From contig CM060732.1 of assembly GCA_030704615.1 (NCBI GenBank), positions 71,114,001 to 71,178,000 on the forward strand: a stretch of 64,000 bases of DNA, written 5' to 3'. The stretch comes from Takakia lepidozioides (Eukaryota > Plantae > Bryophyta). The notes below the pieces were generated by a model that saw only the letters and a list, made by a program, of their open reading frames with translations, ran no database searches and had not been told where the DNA came from. How positions within the stretch are numbered: position 1 is the first letter of the stretch; every line of letters starts with the position of its first letter. Positions 27,921 to 40,341 of the stretch are shown one piece after another. The position numbers were made by a program, and so were the translations under genes.

Positions 27921-28286
27921 TCGGTCGCTCGTTCTATCTTCCTCATTTTCTGTGTACCTTCGTGTGCTTTATAGTCCTGCTGATTCCAACGGTCACTTTA
28001 ATGGGACTTTGTTTTATTCTTCCTGAAGTGTGGGTACATTACTTGTGTCGCTGGTCTCAGTCCTTGTCTCATCAATGCGCTCTACATTGTAGTACTGTGT
28101 TTTAATGCCTCTGTTCGTACAGTCATGGCTGTTCTCTTTGTTGGGAGGAGGATGTTTTTGAGTGTACACACAGTGTTGGTTTTCTCTAGGCTCTGCGTGC
28201 ATCCCGCACGGTTCAGTGCTGGGGGTCTCACGAGAGAACAGGATACAGAGTGAAGTTGTCTGTGATGGAGAAAGTGATGGGGAAGG

Positions 28287-28400
28287 TGGACGGAGTAGCA
28301 GCAGGGATGTATGGCGCTTCAGCCCTCACCGGGGCAGTTCGCACCTCTCAGTTCCGGAAATGGGTTGTAGAGTCATACACCTCTGTTGCGCCTTCGTCCA
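28287..28400 (+). ncRNA. miRNA precursor hairpin 1, miR1223-like; predicted mature UUGUAGAGUCAUACACCUCUG at 28365-28385
   Basis: 5' arm tggacggag-tagcagcagggatgtatggcgcttcagccc pairs, with G:U wobbles and a few mismatches, with 3' arm gggttgtagagtcatacacctctgttgc-gccttcgtcca. The 21-mer resembles Physcomitrium miR1223 as recalled; this needs a miRBase check. Confidence 0.78.
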
Positions 28401-28637
28401 GCTGCGGTGGTGGCAGGCCTGCCATCTGACGACTCCGGAGATGTTGGCGATAGCCAAAAGTCCATGCAGCATCCAGATCATCGCATGCATTGCCCAATGT
28501 CTCTTTTACAGACACGCAATCACACTCTCTCTCTGTGTCTCTCTCTATCCAAATTACTCCCCCGATGGGAAGTGGTTGGCTCTTCGTGTCTGGGCGCTAT
28601 CGTCGACTTGGCTACCACTTGGCATGGTTGTGTGAGA

Positions 28638-28758
28638 AGGGGGAGCTGCATCAAGGGTGTATGCCGCTACAATCCCCACCCTGGGACCATGGTGAGCCTG
28701 AGTAATTGTTCTTGCGGGAAGGATTGTAGAGTCATACACCTCTGCTGCGCCTCCTCCT
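28638..28758 (+). ncRNA. miRNA precursor hairpin 2, miR1223-like; identical 21-mer at 28724-28744
   Basis: 5' arm gggtgtatgccgctacaatcc pairs with ggattgtagagtcatacacct. The mature 21-mer is identical to hairpin 1, while the star arm and loop differ. Confidence 0.78.
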
Positions 28759-29744
28759 GTGAAATCTGTGCGGGTACGGGAGCAGCTCATTTCATAGAGC
28801 CTACTTGCAGGCGTTTGGTAATGCTTTTATACCGACCTCTGCTCTACTTCCTCCCTGACCTGCATTTTTCTTGCTACGTCACATTTTCAGTGTGCACATC
28901 TGTTCCCAAAACCTTGTTGGATTCTAGCTCTGGGCACCTCTCTATAGCGCAGCAGGCAGCTAGTTCCTAAGGGTTTTCCCCAGTTGCAGATGGGTGCTAC
29001 AGGATTCTATGGTCGGACTTTCCTGGAAAGCTGAAGTAAAACGACTGTAATCTGATCGATCAGATCTTCTCCGTATCTTTTCTTAGTTTTTTCACTTTAT
29101 AAACTGTATGGAGATATCTCGATAAGTATTGAGGCTATGTAATGACCTGCTAACCGTGTGCAGATTACCATCACTCTAGAGATTGTGTTTTAATGTAGTC
29201 TGGATCAGTTTGGAGTGGTTCTTTATACTAGCTGGGTTTCTTCGAAAGGTGGCTGACGTGAAGTACTTCATTCTCTTGAAGAAGATAAGTCTCTGTACCA
29301 TGGTATTCTAAACCAGCTAAGTATCTTCGTTGCAAGGGTGGATCTCTCGCCATCTGATTCGCTCAGGTAGAGCTTCAAATGTTCGCAGTGTAGCTGTGAT
29401 GGTGGTCTCGGTGCTTGTGTGGATCAGATCCCACCACATGGTGCAGCCCATGATTTGAGTTGAAAGCTTTGAATCTTCTAGACGGAGAGTTTCGCAACTA
29501 TCTAGACTGCACTGCAAAGTTGTTTTGATCGGCAAGAAGCCAAAACTATTTCTGGTTTTCAAACACCCCATGAAGCACGATGTGTGCTTAAGGACGTTGC
29601 ACAAGTCAAAGGAGAAGATTTCAGTAAGCAACAGCTTTCACTTTTGTGTGTACTGCTGCCGACGAAAAGTTGGTTGACACACGTTAATATAACCAACGTA
29701 ACTCATAAGATTGTCGCTCTCAAATATAGTGAGCAGGACGAGAA

Positions 29745-29895
29745 GATAGCCGGTTAGGCACTTGCCTGCCTAACAAATACTTTTGGGGCCATTTGGCAGT
29801 TAGGCACTTTTGAGAAAAAAATTAAATTTGGCATCTTGGATGTGTAATTTTTTCAAATTAGGCAACTAAAAATAATGATCACAAAATGAAAACAC
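29745..29895 (+). repeat. ~150-bp dispersed repeat, copy 1 (copy 2 at 61677-61827)
   Basis: gatagccggttaggcacttgcctgcctaa...aaattaggcaactaaaaataatgatcacaaaatgaaa recurs in direct orientation, with substitutions, 32 kb away. Confidence 0.8.
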
Positions 29896-30014
29896 AAAAA
29901 TATAGAAATACAGCCGCTATCAGAGGGTGGCTGAGTTTTCATTTGGAACGTCATCCATAAACTCACTTTTCAATTTTCATCCATGACAGCGGCTATATTT
30001 TTTTACTTTTGTGT

Positions 30015-31315
30015 TTTTTTTTTTTTTTTTTTAAGAAAGGGAATGAAACTCCAATATTTTTAATGATGGGAAAAAAAAAAAAAACCCAGAGGGTCATGAA
30101 GCATACACACCTTGCGGTGAGGGACAAACCCAAGATACCATATGAGAGAGAGAACCATCCGAGTGGATGAAAGAAGTTGGTGAGGCCCTACAGCTATCTT
30201 AGGGACTAGACTATGGCAGAGCTCAAGAGCTGCGAGCTCCAGCCAAGGAAGAAGCTCTGAGAAGGAGGAAGAATGGCGAAGGGTTTGATCCAGAATAAGA
30301 GACCAGCAACTGCAACTGTGAGGAGGAAGGAGCAACCAAGACATTTCATCCTGGAGAGAGAGAGCTCGAACTGACTGAAACGAGAAAGGAAAAAAAAAAA
30401 AAAAAAAAAGGACAATGAAGACTATGGGGTGCAAGGCAAATTACAGAGAGATGGAAAGGATGGAGGGGGGATTACACTACAAGGGGAGCAGGTTTAGATG
30501 CCAGGGAGAGCAAGAGCGTAAGATAAGAAACATCTAGCTAAGTAAATGTAGCGCGTAGAGCAATCAAGAGGACCGCTGGTGACTTTTGGAGGCCTACTAT
30601 AGGAGTTATTTGCCAAAGCTAAGTCTGGTGGAGCGCCTTCCACCAACGTGCTTCCAGTTGACCTCTCTGTCGTACTCAGGAGAGCCAGGAGAGTCAAGGC
30701 AATGGAGTTGTTGCCCTCTGCCAGTCGAAGGGCGGGCTTCTGGTCCATTCGCAGCTTGACGACGAAGAGCAGCAGCATAGGATGTCATGTCTTCCCCATG
30801 AGGTTTGGAATTTTCGGAGGAGCCCAAACTCAGCCTCTGGATCCCTTTTGATGTCTGCAAGCAATTTAGCCCATGCCTTCCCAGCCTCAATTTGAACCTC
30901 ATAGAAGATTGTAGCTAAAAGCACAGATAGGCAACCTCTCTCTCCACTAAGAGACCAATTGCACCTTACCTTCCAGATATTCCACAAGGCTATAGATCTG
31001 AAGGCTTCATAGACAGGGTATTGACAGTATATATGATGAGATTTAGCATCGTAGTTCAACAGTTGGTGAATTGCAGAGGGAGATCCAGGTTTCCAGATCT
31101 GCATCATTGATAGCAGGAGAGGCCAAGTTTTCGAGGCGATAGAGCACTGGAGGAGGCAATGTTCTATCGATTCTGCTAGGCCAAGGGTACAACATTTGCA
31201 AAGAAGTGCCTCCGAGAAGGATAACCAAGCCCCGACCTTGATCACTCTGTTCGCCAGTACTTGCCACAAGAATGTTGCGACCTTCGCAGGTCTAACTTTC
31301 TTCCATATTAAACTC
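30015..31315 (-). mobile_element. 5'-truncated L1-type LINE: ORF2 C-terminal zf-RVT region, 3' UTR and poly(A)
   Basis: ORF 30694-31269 reads LWQVLANR...CKCC...ESIEHCLLQC...W...ALWNIWKVRC, typical of plant L1 ORF2 ends; T-run at ~30015-30032 is poly(A) on the minus strand. Confidence 0.75.
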
Positions 31316-31897
31316 TATTTTAACTAATTCTGGACTTTTGTTTGGTCCAGAAATAATACAAGATATATGAATAATTATAATCTATAATAGAAATAAAGAG
31401 ATATATCTATAATTATTTGACTATTTGTGAATTATATAACAACGAATTATATAATCCTCCACACATTCTACGCAAAAATACAAGTATGTATTGTGGTCTT
31501 AGATGAACATCCACTGCCAAGTTGACGTTCATTAAAAGGAATGGGAGGATGCAATGAATCAAACAATGATGAGAGCTCCGATATCCAAAATGACATACAC
31601 AAACAAACATGGAACAATGGCAGAACCAAATATGAAACAATGATGGCATGTGATGAAGAGGACAACATGGAAAACGAGTCTCTCGGGACCTGATTGATGA
31701 TATGAAACATTCATATTTTATTTGAGATTATATCATTCAAGGCGATGGACCAACAGAAAAATGAACATCAACTGTCCATCCGTTCATGGACTTAATGCCA
31801 TACAAGCCATAGATTCTGAAGCCATAGAACCGTTACGGCTTATACTAACTCATTAATAATACTGAGCCTCCTCCCAAACGGCTCGCAGTCAAGGCAT

Positions 31898-32524
31898 GTG
31901 TCCGAAGACGCCTCCTCTGTGGCTGACAAGATCATTGGGAGGAAACTAATTGTCTGTGGTAGAGCTGTTAATTGGTGGACCAATGAGATTAAACTCAAGA
32001 TAGCTGAGAGACGAGTCCTCTGTAAAGAGTGCTGCAATTTGAAAACCAACAAAGAACTATGGGCTAGGTACTACCAGGTCCGCAAAGATATCAATCAGTT
32101 TGTAAGGTCTCAGAAGAAATTATACTGGGACAAGCTATACAGTGAAATAAACTCAAACCACCATAGTGGTAATGACAAGAGATTTTGGTTGGCCCTTCAA
32201 CGTTTGTACAAGCCGAAAAGTTGTCAGCAAGTACAAGCGCTGAAGACTACTAAGGGTGCAGTGGTGATTTCAACGGTTGACATTGTCAAAACCTTTGAAA
32301 CCCACTATAGTATCTTTGGCAGAATTTCTAAGTCTAACAGAGAGGGGTCCTCTGAAGAACGGAAGGACACAGTTGGAAAAACTGTTCCTATGATTCAAGA
32401 CAGCCCTGATGAACTGGAGTATATTTCGAAGGCTTACAACGCTCCCATTAGTTCTTCTGGGATTGTGGAAGCAATTGAGCATTTAAACGGATATAAAGCT
32501 GGATGTGGCGTTACATATCCATAA
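31898..32524 (+). mobile_element. LINE ORF2 fragment (endonuclease-RT linker)
   Basis: WWTNEIKLKIAERR...KKLYWDKL...KRFWLAL...EAIEHLNGYKAG resembles the non-LTR ORF2 segment that precedes RT; it stops before the RT core. Confidence 0.65.
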
Positions 32525-33042
32525 CTGGTTCCCCTGATGTTGAACATGACTGTTTGACAACGTTCTTGCTTTAGAATATGAGGGATTGATGGACGTGCTC
32601 ACTTTGAGGTCCGTAGCTGGAGACTCAGCTGTCACAAATATGTGAATAGAGTGGGGTCCACAACCATGTGGTGGCTCCCTCCAGTAGTGGGTTCACAACT
32701 TTGGGCATTGTTTTCAAAGAGGTTTTCTAAATAGAAAGACTAGCTTTTACAAATGCAGACAAAAATGTTTGGCTATCCTTGTGTCGTGGACATAGAACAT
32801 GTGGGTTCCCTTTTCCCCAGCTTGGGTGTATGGACAAAGGCAACCTGTTCCTTCTTTGAACTTTTGTTGGCCCTCTAGCCATTCTTTGGCTTCATCAGCA
32901 GCTGTGAAGATGTCCGTCATGAAAAGGGTCCAATTTACTGATTGATCGTTTTTGAATTTTATAGCATAGAAGTACTTTCATGCAATTATATGCAAGTGTG
33001 TTTTTGCTCATCAAATCATGTGTTATGCATGCTTCTGGGCAG

Positions 33043-33118
33043 GTGTCCATACTTTCTCTCGCGTGAGCTACACAACACTGCTGACATTCTATTTGTGCCA
33101 TACAACTATTTGATTGAG
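33043..33118 (+). pseudogene. Orphan exon of an RTEL1/FANCJ-type (Rad3/XPD, DEAD_2) helicase
   Basis: After an intron-like stretch ending gcag: CPYFLSRELHNTADILFVPYNYLIE, matching the CPY..R...D....PYNYL signature. No other exons of such a gene were found nearby. Confidence 0.7.
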
Positions 33119-33637
33119 GAGTTGGCTGGAGCTTCAACAGTCGTTGATTACATTAGCGAGAACCGGGCAAAGTGTTCTCATAAGCCTATTGGTCGAGACC
33201 ATGCCTGCTAGGCCTGGTATGCAAGATATCTTGATCCTCGTGTTTGGATCCCACAACAAAAAGAAGCTGATTACCTTGGTAGGCACGTGGATCCCACTGT
33301 TCTGTTGTTTGTTCATAATTTGATTTTCCAATTCTTTTGCATTTGCATTTGCACTCTTACCTCAACAAATCCATATGCAAAACTTCCACTTTGGGCCTAA
33401 CTTTTGTCATTTCAATCGATTGTCCCCAGTTACATTCAAGGAACGAATTCTAAAAGAGGAACAAGAGCTGCGTGATTGGGAAGAATGGTGGGCGTGCCAG
33501 GAGGCTTCAAGGGCATCAAGTAGAGTTGGCAGTAACATTTCAGATGATAATGTCAGCCGGTTTCACCTTCCTGAAAGTATCTCCATGTCCTCTGGTGCGG
33601 AGTTGCAAGTGGCTGTGGTAACTCTCCCAAGAATCCA

Positions 33638-33950
33638 CTACTCTTTCGACTTCATTTCTTGCATTGTCAGAGCGAGACTGAAGGTCTTGGAGCGAGTGGA
33701 CAAAATGAGGGATGCTTGCAAGGCCTGGACATACTCAACCTTGACCTCTTCATTATGGAGTTTTTCTATGCGCCACTTCCGAATCGAACGTTTCACAGAT
33801 CTGTTGGTGTTGGGAAAACACCTTTTGATCTCAGTACAAACCAGGAAGGGGTCAGAGGTACCAGTATCAGTTCTGTCGATCAACACACTGGCATTCTGGG
33901 GAAACGAATTTTTGTCCATTATGACATAATCCACAATGAACGTTCGACGA
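33638..33950 (-). mobile_element. LINE endonuclease C-terminal fragment, inverted relative to its neighbours
   Basis: IVDYVIMDK...GTSDPFLV (degenerate SDH motif)...KWRIEKLHNEEVKVEYVQAL. Confidence 0.6.
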
Positions 33951-34121
33951 CGTGTCCTTTAAAACTACATGCTCCAGCTTAGGCTTGGATTATATGGCTA
34001 ATGGTTCCATCTCGAGACTTGATAACATAGGAACTTTGATGGTTGCAATGCCCAAAAATGCTACTAATAGAGTCCACATCAATTCAATCTCAAAGAAGTT
34101 TGTCCCTTAACTGGGTGGAGA

Positions 34122-35060
34122 GTGGTCTTAGACATTGGTGATTCAATGAGGCGCTTTAGGAAGACAACCAAGGGCAGGGACTTCAACTTGAGAGTTTCTA
34201 ACCGGTTTGATGCTCTGGATGAGGTTGAATCCAAGCAGCCAGATGGACAATCTGTCCCTAAGTGTGCGGAGCCTGAACGTCGGGGAACTGAAGGATTTGG
34301 TACTCTGAATGGTTTACCAATCCTGAAAGTTTACACAAGACAAGCAAAATCTACACACGGGGTAATTGTCCCCCCTTTGCAGAACGGTTGGCCGTCCAGG
34401 AGCAACCATAGCTACCTAGACAACAAACAGTTCATATGCAAAGGGCTGGCTTGTGGCTGGGCTCTTTCAACTTCTCAGGTTGACTAACCATAGGAAACAA
34501 CTCGAAATGGGACAAGTTCTTCGGGCAAATTACATTCATATCTGTGTTGGGCAAGAGACATGGGAAACACAGGACAAACTGGTTGGAGATGTCAATGGTT
34601 ATAAATGGATAGGTAAGATGTGCGCTCTTAAGGCAGCCTCTGTCAAACGTGGTCAAAACGGGGTTGGATTCTTTGTCCGTGATTTCTTGTATGACAATTG
34701 TGAAATTATCAACAAGGGTTTGCGGTATGAGCACAGTATTTGGCTAAAACTGAAACTGAAGGGCGGTGTGAATACAAAGGACCTCTTTGTGGTTGTGTTT
34801 ACATGCCCACAGAGGGGAACCTTAGTGCTGACGCAGACAAAGCCTTCAAAGACGTAAAGCTAGACTGTGCTAAGTTCATTGCCAAAGGTCGGGTAGTTTT
34901 ATTGGGTGACTTCAATGCCCGGGTGGGCAAAGGTCTCCATCAGGATGATACCATTAGGCCTTTTGGTGAGGACGAGCTAATTAACTGTCTAGAAGATCTT
35001 CAACTTTTGACCTTGAATAATAGGTCAAAAGGAGATCAAGTGCAGTGGACGCGTGAAAAA
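34122..35060 (+). mobile_element. LINE 5' fragment: NRFDAL-containing leader plus APE endonuclease N-terminal part, frameshifted
   Basis: LRVSNRFDALDEVE; ICVGQETW...GYKWIG...GVGFFV; CVYMP; VLLGDFNARVG; LTLNNR...QWTR. Confidence 0.75.
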
Positions 35061-35761
35061 GCCCAAACTGGGGTCCATCCTGGGGTTCACCCCAAAAACT
35101 ACACATGAAGCACTAGATTTGGCATAAGTAACCAATTCCCAGGAATTACCCTGGGGAGTGTTATTATTGATAAGAGGTCGTAATGTATTGGTTGATTTCG
35201 CAGGCTACAAGTTGAAGCACAAGGACCAACGCTAGACAGAGGCAGAGGGGCTGCCCCCAAACGGTAGGAGTCCGCTTGTTACCATTCAGAGATCACCACT
35301 CCAAAGGAGCTGCAGGGAATGGCCCGCGTAAGCATATTCTAAAGAGGGAAAGGCCCCAAACTCTCCAACTAAATCCAATGCACTACCTTACATGAAGCAC
35401 AGCGCTTCAGGTCAAAACAAACAAAAACACAAGGTCACAAGGCCGACATTTAGTCACAGAGACATTTATGTACTCCCGTATCAAGTCCACCCAATGGCAA
35501 TAGGCTTCCTAGAGGACAGGGAGAAATAAAGATCATCAGAGAGATTGTACTCATAAGACGTTGTTTGCCGTAGCCTTGTGGCCATTGACCCCGCGCCCAG
35601 TTTGAGCGGGAACAAAAGGGAGATCATCAGAGAGACAAATCCTTGAACAAAAGGGCAGAGATCTTAGGTGATCAGTCAGCTACTAACCTGTGATAAGAGG
35701 AATTATGTAGCCCACGGCCAAGCATCCCAAGCGAGATGTAGGGCGTCGACTCCGGATGGTG

Positions 35762-38500
35762 CTTGACATGAATACACATTCCAGGGGGCATGGTGAGGAG
35801 CCTGGAAACAAAGGCTATCTTTTCAGAAGAGAGGATTCATTCCTCTTCCATATGCAATAGAAGGTGTGTGTCAGGCAAGTACCCAACCTCTATCATCTGC
35901 CCAGACAACTTCTTCAGCCTCCAGAAATTCAGTCAATTTGTGGATGCACTTCAATTTATACAACTTATGCACCTGGTCATTTACCTCAATCCAGCTGTGC
36001 CATGGCACCTCTTTTAACCTCTGTCCTAAATCACCTCTCACCTTTGCTTTATCCTGCCACCTGCCAGCCCAGCATGAATGCAATGAGGTGCTATGATCAC
36101 AGATGAGAAGGAATTTTGCAGCATGTTCTGCTCGCTCCACGTTGCTGTAAGTTCTGCAGGCACCAGGCAAGGCCCCCCACACTGAAGCACCTTGTTCAAT
36201 TGGCATATTGTTAACAACGTTCTCCGCCTCATCCAGTAGACCTGCATGGCCAAAAAGGTCCACCATGCAGCCATAATGTTCCACAGTAGCATTGAGCCCA
36301 TGATCTCGAATCATGGAATCAAAATAGTGTTGCCTTCATCCAGTAGGCCCCCGTGATTACATGCCAATAGAAGACATACAAAGGTGATATCATTTGGACT
36401 GAACCCTTCATGTTGCATTTGTTCAAATACATGGAGGGCCTCCCTACCATATCCATGCTGGGCATATCCTATGATCATCGCATCCCATGACACCACATCC
36501 CGTACAGCCATATTGTAGAATATTTGACATGCATCCTTCATGCTTCCACATTTGGCATACATGACCACAAGGGCAGTCTCCAGAAAGATATTGTGTCAAT
36601 ATCCCAGCTTTGATGATGGCAGCATGGTTCTCTATGCCCTTTTCCAGGGCGGCAAGACTGGCGCACATATTGAGAATGCAAATGAACACAACTTTGTTGG
36701 GCTTGACACCTTCCCTTATCATTTGCTCATAGATGTCTATAGCCTCTTTATTATGCCCATGCTGAGCACATCCTGTTAACATTGCACTCCACGAGACAGC
36801 ATCTTGTTGAGCCATATTGTCAAACACTTGACTCACATCCTTGAGGCTGCCACACTTTGCATACATGTCCACAAGGGCAGTCTCGAGAATGAAATCTGGT
36901 ATAATCCCAGCTTTGATGATGACAGCATGTACCTTTTTGCCCTTTTCCAGGGTTCCTAGGCTGGCACATGCATTGACAAGGCCATTGAACGTGACCATGT
37001 CAGGCATCACCCCTTCCGCTTGCATTTGCTCATATAGTTGGAGGGCCTCCCACCCACACCCATGTTGAGCATAGCCTGCAATCATCAAGTCCATGAGACC
37101 ACATTTTGTTGAGCCATATTGTCAAACACTTGATGTGCAACCTTCATGCTCCCGCATTTGGCATACATGTCAGAAATGGCACCCCCCAGAATAATATCTG
37201 GAGCAATTCCACTTTTGCTAATGTCAGCATGGACAGCTTTGCCCTCTTCCAGGGCTCCTAGACCAACATAGAAGGGAGACAAATGAGAAGGGAGACAAAT
37301 GTGGCCCTATTTGGCACCACCCCTTCCTGTTGCATTTTCCGATACATCTTGAAAGCCTTTGTACCACACCCATGCTCAGTATATCCTCCAATCATGGCGT
37401 TCCATGAGACCACATCTCGTTGAGCTATATTGTGAAACACTTGACATGCATCCTTCATGCTACTGCATTTGGCATAAATATCAACAAGGGTGTTCTCCAA
37501 GTTAACATATGACACAACTCCAGCTTTGATGATGTCAGCATGTAACACTTTGGCCTTTTCTAGGGCTCCTAAACTGGCACATGCATTTAGATCACATATG
37601 AATGTGGGCTTCATCCCTTCTGATATCATTTGCTCATAGAGCTCAAAAGCCTCCTACCACACCCTTGCTGAGCATATCATGCACTCCATGAGACCACATC
37701 TCGGTGAAACATATTGTCAAACACTTGATGTGCTCCCTTCATGCTTCGGCATTTGGAATACATGTCAACAAGTGTATTCTCCAGAATGATATCTGGCACA
37801 ATTCCACTTTTGCTGATGTCAGCGTGGACCTCTATGCCTTTTTTCACATCTCCTAGGCTAGCACACCCCTTGAGAATGCAAATGAATGTGACCCTGTTGA
37901 GTCTCACCCCTTCCCGTTGCATTTGCTGATACATCTCTAAAGCCTCCTTCCCACAACCATACTGAGCATAATATCCTACAATTACCGCGCTCCATGAGAC
38001 CACATTTCTTTTTAGCCATTTTGTCAAAAGCATGTCGTGCATCCTTAAGGCTCCCACATTTTGCATACATAATAGCAAGGGCAGTCTCCATGATAATATT
38101 TGGTGCAATGTGAGCTTTAACAATGTCAGAATGGACTTCTTTGCCCTTGTCCAGGCTCCCTATGCTGGCACATGCATTGAGGATGCAAATGAATGTGACC
38201 CCGTTGGGAGTTATTCCTTCCTGTTGCACTAGCTCATACCTCTTGAAAGCCTCCCTACCATACCCATGCTTGGCATATCCTGCTATCATTATATTCCATG
38301 TAGATATATCTCGGTCAAGCATTCTTTCAAACTCTTGGCCTGCATCCATGATGCTCCTGCACTTGGAATACATGTTGATGAAGGAGTTAAGTAGAAAGAT
38401 GTTTGGCTTTCGCTGAGAATAGGGTACAGCCAAGCATAGACAGCGTGTACTTCTATAGACACGCCCTCCAAGTCGATGCTCACTTGCGAGAAACCAGGGG
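35762..38500 (-). pseudogene. PLS-class PPR-E-DYW RNA-editing factor pseudogene, multiply frameshifted, DYW domain truncated
   Basis: Repeated LVDMYAKCGS..DA..VFD.M...DVVSW.AMI.GYAQHG...EA...M..EGV.P..VTF...L.ACA motifs are split across ORFs 37858-38433, 37677-38123, 37258-37629, 37085-37282, 36444-37094, 36311-36568 and 35871-36314. E domain EHYGCMVDLFGHAG, SWIEVNDQVH; DYW start GYLPDTHLLLHMEEE*ILSSEKIAF at ~35885-35800. Confidence 0.9.
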
Positions 38501-40341
38501 TCATCTCAAAGCGGGGGTGAATGCCCGTTCCAAAGCAGATGCTTCTCTGGGATGTAATTGCCAGCTGAAGTACACCTGAGACATTAAAACTGTTCTTCAA
38601 ACCTCCTGCATTCTTATTCAACTGCACATCTGTAAGCGACAATGGCTAGTTCCGGTGTCGCTGCATCCAATTCATTCGAAGTGAGGTATCTAGGAATTGA
38701 ATCCCTCCTTGACGAATTTGGTTCTGGAATCCTCAGATTGGAGCGAGTCCCCATTTGGAAACCAAAAAAGGTTGTGCAACATCCACCGTGTAGATCTCCC
38801 TCTGAGATCCGTGTGTGAAGACACTTCTTCCGGTTATTTTCGGGCATTTCGGGCAGGTTCCAAAAATTTGATGACGACGACGTGATTACAAAACATGACG
38901 ACGGTAACATGGCACAAGGTAAGAGGGGGTGGGGAGGATTTGACAGGACCCCCGCCGGAGGAGCCCAGGCTGCCGGAATCCGGCAAAAGGACAGTCACAT
39001 CGCACGCGTCCATTCACTTCTTACATTCCCCTATGGTCTTCATTTTTACATTGTTGTGGGACCCAACAGGATAAGGAACGTCCATCATAACATGGACCAT
39101 CTCTCTCTACATACATCATCCACGCATACATATACATAAGATGATCTATATACATCATCCACACATACATATACATAACAACATCATCTTATCATGTAGT
39201 GCAATAATAATAATAATATTTAATTTTTGAGGCCCCCCCAAGGAAGCGTAAATTATGGTACATTTAATAGCATTCAGATCTTAGGGGCGGAGGATGCGCG
39301 ATGTAAAGAGGCTCTGCAGTTTGCGGTGAGAGAGCTTGAGGACTTAGTATTTTTTCAAGCTCTCCTCAGCGCATCCAGCACAAGTCCCATCAATAGCTCG
39401 ACAATGCACTGAAACTAAGCTCAGTATTCAGTAACTCATGCAGTCTGTGAGTCGGCGCTATGGCTTTGCCCTAATTCTTCAATTCTCTGTTGAACTAACA
39501 TAACTCTTCCTCGTCATCCCCCCTTTCTTCTTATTCTCTTCCCTCTTTTCTTTCCCTCAGGCTCACTGCCTTCCCTCTATCATCCACGAACTCCCTTTCT
39601 CGTTTCTTTCTCTTTCCCTAGCTGGTGGCGCGATTCCCCACGATCACATTAAGAGCATATTCTCCCCCGACAAAAACAGCCATCCCCTGACTGTTTAGCG
39701 AGCGATATTAAGTTCCTTTGCACTCCTCCAGCTCAAGTTGGCATTATGCCCCCATAATGTAGAGCGAAAGTCTGCTGCATTCATGAATACAACGCGGGCA
39801 GTGTTACTCCCGAAGCATTTGGGCGGCTCCATCTATGGTGGCTAATTATCGCAGGGGAGTGATCCTTCCCCCTCCCCTTCTTTCATGACATGCTTTTACC
39901 CCCCCCAAAAAAGGCTTGTCTGCTTTCAATCCTTGTTTGGCTTGCAGCTCTCGATCGAAGGAAGACTGTCAGTTATTGAATGAGTGCTTCTTCATACATC
40001 TCATTTATGTAGGATACAGGCTGCTCCATACGTTCTTCGCTATAATTGCCCGTTACACCCTTCTATAAGCTGGGTGTGGCCTAGTGCTCCCAGGTCTTTC
40101 TAGCCGAACTCCTTCATTAACACATTTCTATAGTGCTCCCTCTCTTCTTGTCTGGTGCGTGACATCGCTTGCTAAGAATTGGTGGGAAGACAAAGGGGGG
40201 TTTTCCGACACCGCGGCCACGTCGCGGCGTCGTAAAACAACCCTTTTCGGATAGGGGGGAAGAACCAAATTTGCGACGCCCGGGCAACGTAAGCCCGTCG
40301 CAATGGCGTCACCAAAAAAATGTCGCAAATTTGCGACCAAT

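Noticed and set aside
28162-28970. ORFs of 157 and 194 aa
   Set aside because: No recognisable protein features; they overlap the miRNA hairpins, which explain the repeated sequence better.
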